The position numbers and the translations under genes are program-made. From positions 379-64,378 of the forward strand of contig CAMCYG010000005.1 in NCBI GenBank assembly GCA_945883775.1: a stretch of 64,000 nucleotides of DNA. Reading direction: 5' to 3'. The stretch comes from Victivallis vadensis. GTDB taxonomy: Bacteria > Verrucomicrobiota > Kiritimatiellia > UBA8416 > CAMCYG01. This document shows positions 18,446 to 27,078 of this stretch, in pieces. The notes below the pieces were generated by a model that was given only the letters and a program-made list of their open reading frames with translations, searched no databases and was not told the origin of the DNA. Positions within the stretch are counted from its first letter, which is position 1. Each line of letters starts with the position of its first letter.

Positions 18446-19756
18446 ATGCATAATACGGATTTCCAGAAGCATGAAGGCCGGCTTTTTACAAAGTCATTTT
18501 TTGTCCTGCTTTCCCTTGTGCTGGTTGGGGTTTATCTTATCGGGCTAAGATATGTGAAGGGGATCGGTGCTGTTTCGGGCATGAGCGACGGGTTCCCGTG
18601 GGGGATTTGGCTGGCATATGATGTCGCCACAGGAACAGCCATTGCCTGCGGCGGATACGCCCTGGCCATACTTGTCTACATCCGCCACAACATGCATTAC
18701 CATCCGCTGATCAGATCCTGCGTGTTGACCAGCATGTTCGGCTACGGTCTGGCAGGGCTTTCGGTGATGGTGGATATCGGCCGGCCGTGGAATGTCTATA
18801 ATTTCTTTATTCCCTCCCGCTGGCAGCTGAATTCTGTAATGTTTGAAGTCGCTATTTGCGTTATGACTTATTTTGTCGTGCTGGTGATCGAATTTCTGCC
18901 TGCTGTTCTTTACAGTATAGAGACATCGCGCTGGACAAGGCTCCGTAAGTTTGTTGACTCTCTGCATCCGGCACTGGCGCCGGACAAAGAAAAGCTTTCC
19001 AGTTTGATTGATAGGTCCCGTAAACTGGCCGGCTGGCTCAGGCCGCTGTTGGACAAGGTGTTGATATTCTTCATTGTTCTGGGCATCACTCTTCCGACCA
19101 TGCATCAGTCTGCGCTGGGTTCATTGCTGCTGATTGCAGTGACTAAACTGCATCCGCTCTGGCATACAGGTTTTCTGCCTCTACTGTTTCTTATAAACTG
19201 CATATATATAGGTTATTCGATCGTGATACTGGAATCGTTGATATCTTCATATGCATTCAAGCGGCCTTACGAGACAAAAGAGCTGTCTGGTCTGGCTGGT
19301 ATCATCCCTTGGCTTACTGTTATCTGGCTGGGAGTTGTGGTGGGGGATCTGGCCTACCGTAACCAGCTGGGCGCTGCGGTCCGTCTGGATTTCTATTCGT
19401 GTTTCTTCCTCTTGGAAGTTCTGCTTGTGCTGGTTGGCTCTGTGATTCTTTTCCGGCCGGTCAAACGTTATTCGCCGCGCTGGCTCTTTGTTTCCGCTGT
19501 GCTTATTGTGCTGGGCGGAGCGCTGTATCGCTTCAATGTCTATCTTATCGGCTATAATCCGGGTCCGGGCTGGCAGTATTTCCCTACGCTGGCCGAGCTG
19601 ATGATTACCGTAAGCATAATTGCCTTTGAGATTCTGGGGTATCAGGTGCTGGTAAAGCTAGTGCCGGTTCTTCCCAGGATACACATGCACGGGCACGGAA
19701 AAGAGCACGGCAGAGTTCATATTGAAAATAAGGCGCAGACTGGCAAGGCAAGATAA
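18446..19756 (+). CDS. hybB: Hydrogenase-2 integral membrane subunit (NrfD/PsrC family)
   Basis: PWGIWLAYDV, ACGGY, DIGRPWN, LPTMHQSALGSL, LYRFNVY; about 10 transmembrane segments. Confidence 0.93.
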   Translation: MHNTDFQKHEGRLFTKSFFVLLSLVLVGVYLIGLRYVKGIGAVSGMSDGFPWGIWLAYDVATGTAIACGGYALAILVYIRHNMHYHPLIRSCVLTSMFGYGLAGLSVMVDIGRPWNVYNFFIPSRWQLNSVMFEVAICVMTYFVVLVIEFLPAVLYSIETSRWTRLRKFVDSLHPALAPDKEKLSSLIDRSRKLAGWLRPLLDKVLIFFIVLGITLPTMHQSALGSLLLIAVTKLHPLWHTGFLPLLFLINCIYIGYSIVILESLISSYAFKRPYETKELSGLAGIIPWLTVIWLGVVVGDLAYRNQLGAAVRLDFYSCFFLLEVLLVLVGSVILFRPVKRYSPRWLFVSAVLIVLGGALYRFNVYLIGYNPGPGWQYFPTLAELMITVSIIAFEILGYQVLVKLVPVLPRIHMHGHGKEHGRVHIENKAQTGKAR

Positions 19757-19779
19757 ACGATTTATAATGGAGACGACTT

Positions 19780-21465
19780 ATGGCAAAACAAACGATAACA
19801 CTTGATCCGGTAACCAGAATCGAAGGGCACCTTCGTATAAACGCCGAGGTTGATGAAGGCAAAGTGACCAGTGCGTGGTCATCCGCGCAGATGTGGCGTG
19901 GTCTTGAGATAATACTCAAAGGGAAGGCTCCGCAGGATGCCTGGGTTTTCGCCCAGCGTATTTGCGGTGTCTGTACGACCGTCCACGCCGTAGCATCGAT
20001 ACGGGCTGTTGAGAACGCTTTGAAAGTTCAGATACCGCTGAATGCTCATTATATCCGTAATATAATCATGGCACAGCATTCCGTGCAGGACCATATCGTC
20101 CATTTCTATCACCTTTCGGCGCTTGACTGGGTGGATGTTCTTTCGGCCCTTAAGGCCGATGTGAAGAAAACGGCACAGCTGGCGCAGAGTATTTCTGACT
20201 GGCCAGGCAACAGCGAGATGGAGTTCAAGGCCGTGCAGGACAAGCTGAAAGCTTTTGCCGCAGGCGGCAGACTTGGAATATTTTCTTCAGGCTATTGGGG
20301 GCATCCGGCGATGAGACTGCCGCCGGAGGCAAATCTGATGGCTGTGGCTCATTACCTGAAAGCTATAGATTACCAGAGGAAAGCCGCGCAGGTAATCGCA
20401 GTGGTAGGCGGCAAAAATCCGCATATCCAGAATCTGAATGTAGGCGGAGTTGCGACGGCGATAAATGTCGATAACCTTGCAACACTTAACATGGAGCGTC
20501 TGGCTTTAATGCGCACGCTGATGGAGGAAACGAGGGATTTCGTACAGCAGGTTTATTATCCGGATCTTCTGGCCATTGCTGGCATCTACAAGGATTGGTT
20601 CGGGTACGGTGCCGGTGTGAAGAATTATTTTGCTGTGCCGGAGTTTCCAGAAGATTCAGCTGTTAGTAAATTTACCCTGCCGGGCGGCATAATCAGCGAT
20701 GGTGACGTCGCTGGCGCACGTGCGATAACCAGCCAGAATGACGAGTATCTTGTGAACAACATTCAGGAGTCGGTCGCCCGATCATGGTATGCAGGAGATG
20801 CGTCACTGCATCCCTGGAAGGGCGAGGCTACTCCGCAGTACACTGATTTCAAACCGGACGGCAAATATTCCTGGTGCAAGGCACCGCGGCTGGCCGGAAA
20901 GCCGTATCAGGTAGGTCCGCTTGCCCAGATGCTGGCTTGTTATGCGGGTGGGAACGTCAGAGTCAAGAAGATGGTCGATACGGCCTGTTCCAAGTTGAGC
21001 ATAGGCTTGAACGATCTGCATTCGACTATGGGCCGTCAGCTGGCCCGTGGTATCCGCGCATGCATAATGGCGGATATTTCCATTGAGCAGATCGACAAGC
21101 TGGTTGCTAATATTGCGTCAGGCGATCAGACGTATTCGAACCATGTCGAGATTCCTGACGGAGAGTTCAGCGGGGTTGGTTTTCACGAAGCGCCACGCGG
21201 GACCCTTTCGCACTGGATTGTATTCAAGAACAAGAAGATCGAGAATTATCAGGCGGTTGTCCCCAGCACCTGGAACGCTTCGCCGCGTGACAGCAAAGGG
21301 GTCATGGGTCCGTATGAGGCTTCGCTTGTAGACAATCCTGTGGCTGATGCGGAGAAGCCGCTGGAGATCCTGAGAACCGTACATTCGTTTGATCCCTGCA
21401 TAGCTTGTGCTGTTCACACAGTCGACCCTGCTGGAAAAGAAATAACCAAGGTTAAGGTAATATAG
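19780..21465 (+). CDS. hybC: [NiFe]-hydrogenase large subunit, group 1 Hyb type
   Basis: DPVTRIEGHL, L1 QRICGVCTTVH, L2 SFDPCIACAVH, cleavable C-terminal extension. Confidence 0.96.
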   Translation: MAKQTITLDPVTRIEGHLRINAEVDEGKVTSAWSSAQMWRGLEIILKGKAPQDAWVFAQRICGVCTTVHAVASIRAVENALKVQIPLNAHYIRNIIMAQHSVQDHIVHFYHLSALDWVDVLSALKADVKKTAQLAQSISDWPGNSEMEFKAVQDKLKAFAAGGRLGIFSSGYWGHPAMRLPPEANLMAVAHYLKAIDYQRKAAQVIAVVGGKNPHIQNLNVGGVATAINVDNLATLNMERLALMRTLMEETRDFVQQVYYPDLLAIAGIYKDWFGYGAGVKNYFAVPEFPEDSAVSKFTLPGGIISDGDVAGARAITSQNDEYLVNNIQESVARSWYAGDASLHPWKGEATPQYTDFKPDGKYSWCKAPRLAGKPYQVGPLAQMLACYAGGNVRVKKMVDTACSKLSIGLNDLHSTMGRQLARGIRACIMADISIEQIDKLVANIASGDQTYSNHVEIPDGEFSGVGFHEAPRGTLSHWIVFKNKKIENYQAVVPSTWNASPRDSKGVMGPYEASLVDNPVADAEKPLEILRTVHSFDPCIACAVHTVDPAGKEITKVKVI

Positions 21466-21469
21466 CCGA

Positions 21470-21955
21470 ATGAAGGTTCTGATTCTTGGTGCAGGGAACC
21501 TACTCCTTTCCGATGAAGGTTTTGGCGTTCATTTTATCCGCTATCTGCAGGCGAAATATATTTTCCCGGCTGACGTTGAGCTGTTCGATGCAGGCACAAT
21601 GGGGATAATGGCCATCCATGAAATTGAGGAAGTGGATACAGTCTATATTATCGATGTAGTCGTCTCAAGTGAGAAGCCCGGGACTATACTGCGCTACGAC
21701 AAAGAAGCGTTCATGCTCAATAAGGTGCCTGTGAAATTGTCACCGCATCAGGCCGGGGTTCAAGAAATGCTGCTGGTGTCGGAAATGCGTGGCCGTTGCC
21801 CTGCCGAAGTCGTCCTCATGGGCATAGTGCCTGCGTCTACGGAGCCGGGGAGCGAGTTGTCGGATGTTCTCCGCGCAAAGCTTCCTGAACTTGCCGGCAT
21901 AATCCTATCGGAATTACGGGAACGCGGAGTAGCAAGTATTAGCTGTAGATGTTGA
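21470..21955 (+). CDS. hybD: Hydrogenase maturation protease
   Basis: LGAGNLLLSDEGFGVH, DAGT and SPHQAG motifs. Confidence 0.93.
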   Translation: MKVLILGAGNLLLSDEGFGVHFIRYLQAKYIFPADVELFDAGTMGIMAIHEIEEVDTVYIIDVVVSSEKPGTILRYDKEAFMLNKVPVKLSPHQAGVQEMLLVSEMRGRCPAEVVLMGIVPASTEPGSELSDVLRAKLPELAGIILSELRERGVASISCRC

Positions 21956-23177
21956 TCCCATGATCAGCGATTCTTTTGTCGACCGTGTCAGCCGTCTTGT
22001 CCTGATGAAGCTCAATAACGGTTTTATATTCCTTTACGATACTGTTAACGATATCTGTGCCGATTGCTTCTTTAAGGAATGGAGCCGTATATGTCTCTAT
22101 CTCGAAGTGGCAGGTGTTTTCTGCAGCAGCTTTCAGAAATCCATTGTTTGTATAACCAAGGGTCGGTGTTATTCCGTGGCATTCGAATTCATATAAAGGC
22201 ACGTGATAATGGATCCTGGCTTCCTCGAGTTCTGTGAGTTGTTCCTCTGTCTGACGATTGTCCTCAAGGTCATGAAGGCGAACGATGGTGCCGTCCTTGC
22301 GTTTGATTCTTGTCTGATGGAGATAGACTCCGTCTATGAGATGCCTGAATGATTGCATTGCCAGTGCTTTGTCTGTGTAGCTGATAGCAGAGCTGAGCTG
22401 AACTTTCGGTATGCAGAATCCAGCGCAGTGAATCTTACGGTACGCCTCCAGCGGGTCCTTAAATACTACATCAAAATGACAGGTATCCACGCAGGCTCCG
22501 ATGTAAGATCTGAGTATCTGTTCTGCCTGGCTTTTCCCGATGCCATGTTTGCTTTTTAGCCATATTATTCCTGAGCGAAGCAGGGATTCCTGAAAATATG
22601 ACACCAGTGATTCGGCATCTTCTATGATGCAGTCAGGCTCAGGTTCCAGCGCCAGCCTCACGGTTCTGCCTGTGGAGTCATTGAGTCGTGCGAGGTAGAC
22701 AGCGGCTTCTGCAAGATTGGCCGCTGAAGTCTGAAGCTGTGCTTCGGTCTTTGCCTCGGATTTATATCCTACCGGCACTGTGCTTATTGAGCCGTCCATT
22801 CCATCTGGCAAAAGGGTTGCCAGGATATGGGCGGTCTTGTTTGTGTAGGCAAGTCGCTCCGCATGGCTCCAATCGGGTTGATAGACTTTTTCTTTGATTC
22901 GTGTGTCGTGAAATCGCCCATGAGGAAAGGCGTTAACTGTGAACGCATACATGCCGAGCGAAAACAACTCTGCTTTGACTTCGTCTAGTCTTGCAGAGTC
23001 GGTCAGCGTATCTGCGGCCAGAGAACTAAGTCTTAGCCCAAGTCCGAAGGGTTGATTCTGTGAAATGCACTGTTTGACCTGTGTGGAATATGTACGGATA
23101 GCCTTTATGTTGTCATCCCAGGTTTCACCGGAATGAATGTTCAGGCAGTAAGTCAGATGGACGTTGTTGAGTTTCAT
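21939..23177 (-). CDS. eboE: EboE-like xylose-isomerase-fold TIM-barrel protein
   Basis: LTYCLNIHSGE, GLGLRLS, NAFPHGRFH..IKEKVYQPDW, GSISTVP, LEPEP, CVDTCH, YLHQT, RIHYHVP. Confidence 0.9.
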   Translation of the reverse strand: MKLNNVHLTYCLNIHSGETWDDNIKAIRTYSTQVKQCISQNQPFGLGLRLSSLAADTLTDSARLDEVKAELFSLGMYAFTVNAFPHGRFHDTRIKEKVYQPDWSHAERLAYTNKTAHILATLLPDGMDGSISTVPVGYKSEAKTEAQLQTSAANLAEAAVYLARLNDSTGRTVRLALEPEPDCIIEDAESLVSYFQESLLRSGIIWLKSKHGIGKSQAEQILRSYIGACVDTCHFDVVFKDPLEAYRKIHCAGFCIPKVQLSSAISYTDKALAMQSFRHLIDGVYLHQTRIKRKDGTIVRLHDLEDNRQTEEQLTELEEARIHYHVPLYEFECHGITPTLGYTNNGFLKAAAENTCHFEIETYTAPFLKEAIGTDIVNSIVKEYKTVIELHQDKTADTVDKRIADHGINIYS

Positions 23178-23193
23178 TATTGTAAATATTCAA

Positions 23194-23244
23194 GTAGGGG
23201 CGTTGCTTGCTACGCCCGCGGGCGCCGACGAGCAGCGCCCCTAC
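23194..23244. repeat. Inverted doublet of GTAGGGGCG-type REP-like units (family 3)
   Basis: GTAGGGGCGTTGCTTGCTACGCCC followed by GGGCGCCGACGAGCAGCGCCCCTAC. Confidence 0.8.
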
Positions 23245-23288
23245 ATTTTATTAATCGTGGCTATATCCTGAATTCTGGCTTCCTTTAT

Positions 23289-24431
23289 TCATTTCTTCTT
23301 GCTCGTAACTGCCAGAAAACATAACAAGGCGAGCGATTCGTGTAGGGCATTGATGTCAATGGATCCGATTTCAGTTGTTTTGCCGATCGGGCAGGGCATG
23401 GCTATTGTAAGTCTGCCTCCCATATGAATCCTGAATGCTTCCAGGGCGTTGGATGTCAGATAACTGAGCGTAGCTTTATTTTCTAACAGCCGGTCCCATA
23501 TGGGCAACCCACAGGCTGTCAAACCCTTTAGCAGGCGCGCCAGATCCTCTTTGGAAATGAAGCCCTGTATCATGGCATAACAGGAATCCAGAGCTATCCC
23601 TATTGAAACAGCATGACCATGCGATATGCGGCCTTTTGACAACACTTCCAGTCCGTGTGCAGACCAGTGCCCATAGTCAAGCGGTCTGGCGGACCCAGTC
23701 TCAAAAGGGTCACTTGCCTTTCTTATGTGGTCTAGATGGAGTATTGCGCATTTATTGATCAACGATTCCATGACCGACAGGTCTCTTTTGGCAAGTCTGT
23801 CGGCATTCTTGCAAAGCCAGATAAAGAATTGCCGGTCTTTAATTGATGCGATCTTGAATGCCTCAGAAATCCCGCCTGTCCAGTCATCCGTGCTGAGTGT
23901 GGTAAGAAAGCTGACATCGTTGATGACTGCTGAAGGTGCGGCGAATGTGCCGAGCATGTTTTTGGAGCCAGCGTGGTTGATGGCGTTCTTTACTCCTATT
24001 CCTGCATCATTCTGGGATAGGACTGTGGTCGGAACTCTTATCAATTTCAGTCCGCGGTGGTATATAGTGGATGCATATCCAACTGTATCCAATACAGATC
24101 CTCCGCCTATGGCGATGACGCAGCTATGCCTGCACATATTGTTATTCATCAAATGAGCGATGATCTTCTCTGTGTTTCTTGCGGTCTTTGTGCATTCACC
24201 CCCTGGGATTATGACAGGCAGGATCTTGAGGTATCGTTTTACTTTTCCGATCAGCTTCGGCTGTGCTTTTACTAGGCCTGAGTCGATGAACACCATTATT
24301 TTTGATTCAGCGCCAGTACATTTTGCGATAGCCTTACGCAGGATGCTGTTCTTTTGGCTGAACATATCCCTGGTGAAATAAACAGGATACGTATAATCAA
24401 CGTTGAATCTCTGTGTATATGTGTTTCTCAT
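23289..24431 (-). CDS. eboD: 3-dehydroquinate synthase-like sugar-phosphate cyclase (EboD)
   Basis: GGECTK, RHSCVIAIGGGSVLD, VPTTVLSQNDAGIGVKN, DPFETGSARPLDYGHWSAH, HGHAV. The ORF-track extension to 24500 lies inside a REP. Confidence 0.9.
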   Translation of the reverse strand: MRNTYTQRFNVDYTYPVYFTRDMFSQKNSILRKAIAKCTGAESKIMVFIDSGLVKAQPKLIGKVKRYLKILPVIIPGGECTKTARNTEKIIAHLMNNNMCRHSCVIAIGGGSVLDTVGYASTIYHRGLKLIRVPTTVLSQNDAGIGVKNAINHAGSKNMLGTFAAPSAVINDVSFLTTLSTDDWTGGISEAFKIASIKDRQFFIWLCKNADRLAKRDLSVMESLINKCAILHLDHIRKASDPFETGSARPLDYGHWSAHGLEVLSKGRISHGHAVSIGIALDSCYAMIQGFISKEDLARLLKGLTACGLPIWDRLLENKATLSYLTSNALEAFRIHMGGRLTIAMPCPIGKTTEIGSIDINALHESLALLCFLAVTSKKK

Positions 24432-24471
24432 GTATATGTGATAAACAAAGTTAGCTGTGTTTGTAAATAAG

Positions 24472-24541
24472 CGGCTCGGCCAGAGGCCTCTCCCTACCAT
24501 TTTTCGAATAGAAGGTAGGGCGAACCGTCCACGGTGAGCCG
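24472..24541. repeat. Divergent doublet of GTAGGG(A/C)GA-type REP-like units (family 2)
   Basis: Minus GTAGGGAGAGGCCTCTGGCCGAGCCG (24497-24472) and plus GTAGGGCGAACCGTCCACGGTGAGCCG (24515-24541). Confidence 0.75.
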
Positions 24542-24557
24542 TCTTTCCTAATTTTTA

Positions 24558-25853
24558 TTACTGTCCGATCCATTCAATCGCCTGTTTTGCCAGTCCGCAG
24601 ATGTCAGCAGCCTTTATATCATCCTTTATGGTTGTCATCCATGCAATGGCACCGTCGTCTCCAATGACTCCATGTGTTCCCTTTATCCTGCTGGTGTCGC
24701 GACTCACCGAAAAGGGAGGCCAGCCCCAAAAAAGTTCACAGGGATCATAACCGGGCTTGCTATGAATGTCCACATGCCTTGCGTATTCCGGTGCCTCGCG
24801 TTCATTCTTCCACCACGGATAGGCGAACCAGTGGCCTTTCTTTGCCGTTACCAACAAATCACCTGAGCGTGCATGGTATAGCCCGGCAATTGTCTGTTGA
24901 TTGCGATCCATAATACTGTCTATGCCTTCAACATTGGCCAGGCAGGCTCTGACCTGTTCAACTGATGAACCGTCGAGACAGTAAACATGCGCTATTTCAT
25001 GGTCGACCAGGGCAAAAGCCCTGCTTTGATGAAAGTCCGGGTAGGCCATGCCTTTGATGGCCCTTGTTGCGAAAAGCCCTGCTTCGTTTAGGCATCGATT
25101 AGGAAGAATAGCGGAGCCTGTAACCTCCCGTATGGCATAGTCTCCAAATATCAACAGCTCATATCCATTCTTTTGTGCGGCCTCATGTAGCAAGTACAAT
25201 TGTTTCGTTAAGGAGTCGATGGCTTTTGCCGCCTGGTTTGAGCCCGGCCCAAATCTTTGCAAATCATAATCGAGGGCGGGCAGATATGTCAGGAATAGTT
25301 CCGGCGCGTCTGGCAGGCTGATAGCCAGGGCCGTAGCTTTTGCTATCCACTCGGAAGACTTTGATGATGCCGTTGGCCCCCAGTAATGCATTAAGTCGAA
25401 GTCGCCCAGATGTTCGTTCAGTTTACGGCCAAGATCCGCAGGTTTGGAATACAAGCTTTGTATCATGCCGCCGTGATGTTTGTGTATAGGGGCAGGGGAC
25501 ACTATCCAGTCGCATTCCTCTCCGAGGCTCTGCTGCCAGAAGAACATTCCGACTTTTGTTCCAGTCCTCTGTAGGTTATGCCAGAGCCGTTTTCCGGTTA
25601 CCAGCGCTGCAGATTGTTCCCAGAATATGGGGCGCATCAGTTCCCTTGAGAAGAAGCCATTGGCTATAATTCCATGACTGGCCGGTAGAGTTCCGGTTCG
25701 GAAAGTTGCCTGAGCTGTGCAGGTAAGGGCGGGAAACATCGTCTTGCATGTCCTGACATCCAGTCCAGCCATACTGCTGACGCTATGAGTGTCGAGCAGT
25801 CCTTTGCCAAGTGCAGCACACTGTACAATCAACAGTTTACGGTTTTTGCTCAT
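24558..25853 (-). CDS. eboF: Alkaline-phosphatase/nucleotide-pyrophosphatase family protein (EboF)
   Basis: FPALTCTAQAT, HGIIANG, YLPALDYDLQRFGP, AFALVDHEIAH, VDIHSKPGYDPCELF, IKGTHG. Confidence 0.9.
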   Translation of the reverse strand: MSKNRKLLIVQCAALGKGLLDTHSVSSMAGLDVRTCKTMFPALTCTAQATFRTGTLPASHGIIANGFFSRELMRPIFWEQSAALVTGKRLWHNLQRTGTKVGMFFWQQSLGEECDWIVSPAPIHKHHGGMIQSLYSKPADLGRKLNEHLGDFDLMHYWGPTASSKSSEWIAKATALAISLPDAPELFLTYLPALDYDLQRFGPGSNQAAKAIDSLTKQLYLLHEAAQKNGYELLIFGDYAIREVTGSAILPNRCLNEAGLFATRAIKGMAYPDFHQSRAFALVDHEIAHVYCLDGSSVEQVRACLANVEGIDSIMDRNQQTIAGLYHARSGDLLVTAKKGHWFAYPWWKNEREAPEYARHVDIHSKPGYDPCELFWGWPPFSVSRDTSRIKGTHGVIGDDGAIAWMTTIKDDIKAADICGLAKQAIEWIGQ

Positions 25854-25873
25854 GAATATTCTACTGTCTTAAT

Positions 25874-25930
25874 GTAGCTGAGCATGTGTCAAGCTCAGTA
25901 GTAAACGGCGCATGACACATGCGCCGCTAC
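25874..25930. repeat. Inverted doublet of family 1 GTAG REP-like palindromes
   Basis: GTAGCTGAGCATGTGTCAAGCTCAG plus CGGCGCATGACACATGCGCCGCTAC. Confidence 0.88.
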
Positions 25931-26036
25931 ATCAAGAGCAAATAATATCCTGCGCTGCCAATAGCCGCAACCAAAGAATAGAAATATTCTTTATTCAAGG
26001 TGCGACTGTTCAACTGCCGACTATAAGGACAAAGAC

Positions 26037-26061
26037 GGGCGTCGACGAGCAACGCCCCTAC
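26037..26061 (-). repeat. Family 3 GTAG REP-like unit
   Basis: Reverse complement GTAGGGGCGTTGCTCGTCGACGCCC, near-identical to the units at 23194-23244. Confidence 0.8.
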
Positions 26062-26114
26062 GAGAGCAAGAAAGACGGTCGTCCAATTTTGCACCGACTA
26101 TGGTACGAAATTAT

Positions 26115-26157
26115 AGTTAAATCATGAATCTTGCTTGGCAAGATTCATGATTTAACT
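26115..26157. repeat. Perfect 20-bp inverted repeat overlapping the eboC stop codon
   Basis: AGTTAAATCATGAATCTTGC-ttg-GCAAGATTCATGATTTAACT. Confidence 0.92.
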
Positions 26158-27078
26158 GGCATAGAATTTACGGGCGAGTGCAAAAAAAATGGGATAGGCG
26201 GCGATAGTCAATGCTGCAGGCAGTATTCCTGCTTCACCAGCAGTGAGCATGAGGAATGTCTGCAACGGAATCATGCCTGATATAAGGTGTCCGACATGCT
26301 TTGGTGTCATGGCAGGGTACTCTGCATGATAGATCTTCCAACCGCTTCTTATTGTAACTGTCAATCCGGCTGTCAGGCATAATGCTGACAAGAATGCGGT
26401 GATAGTTGTCAGATTTCTGTACAGTTCGCACACGCGTGAGAGCCCGACGAGCGCTATTACAAAGGCCGGGGCAAAAGCTAATATGTCGATTTTTCCGTGT
26501 GTTTCGTTTTTTGCCACAATTGATAATGCCAGTGTGTAAACGAATATAACGGACGGAGCGAACAGCACGGCGCTCATCACTATTGGATCTGATACGAATG
26601 TTTGTGCGTCGTTGATGCCAAATCCCCCGGCAGCGGTGCCAAGCAGGACATTGAAAGCTCTGCAAAGTGCCATGTTGGTAACACCCAGCACTGGTATGCT
26701 CTTGGTGAGACGGTTATATGTCAGGGTCAGCAGGCAGAGGACTGCGGATAGGACAAATAGGTCGTGGGACCCATAAAAGAAAGAGATAAGCAGTGCGGTA
26801 ATAAATAATACTGTTGCTGTGCTTGATGCTGCAGCAGGTGATATTCTGCCGCTTGGTAGAGGTCGGGTTGGACGTTGCTCACGGTCAATTTCCATGTCGC
26901 AGACGTCGTTTGTGATAAGGCCGCCGATATACAGAAGGAGACTTGATATCACAGCAACAATCAGAAGTGTGTCGGCTTTGGCTCCCGTGAGAAGTGATAT
27001 CACGAGGAAGCCGGCAATTGGATCGCCCGGCACTGTCAGCAGGTTTGGCACCCTGATAAGTTGTAGCCATGCCTTCAT
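26152..27078 (-). CDS. eboC: UbiA-like prenyltransferase (EboC)
   Basis: LIRVPNLLTVPGDP, NDVCDMEIDREQRPTRPLPSG, LTYN, MALCRAFNVLLG; multiple transmembrane segments. Confidence 0.9.
   Translation of the reverse strand: MKAWLQLIRVPNLLTVPGDPIAGFLVISLLTGAKADTLLIVAVISSLLLYIGGLITNDVCDMEIDREQRPTRPLPSGRISPAAASSTATVLFITALLISFFYGSHDLFVLSAVLCLLTLTYNRLTKSIPVLGVTNMALCRAFNVLLGTAAGGFGINDAQTFVSDPIVMSAVLFAPSVIFVYTLALSIVAKNETHGKIDILAFAPAFVIALVGLSRVCELYRNLTTITAFLSALCLTAGLTVTIRSGWKIYHAEYPAMTPKHVGHLISGMIPLQTFLMLTAGEAGILPAALTIAAYPIFFALARKFYAS

Noticed and set aside
21390-21420. Selenocysteine ([NiFeSe]) hydrogenase
   Set aside because: The L2 motif is encoded with TGC/TGT Cys codons and has no in-frame TGA.
24432-24500. 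N-terminal extensions of eboD, tatD (41288-41347) and the bactofilin (43609-43650) in the ORF track
   Set aside because: The extensions run through REP or hairpin sequence, and family similarity or the RBS points to the downstream ATGs.
25874-26157. Possible CRISPR array
   Set aside because: The units are inverted, heterogeneous and dispersed rather than regularly spaced direct repeats, and there are no cas genes.
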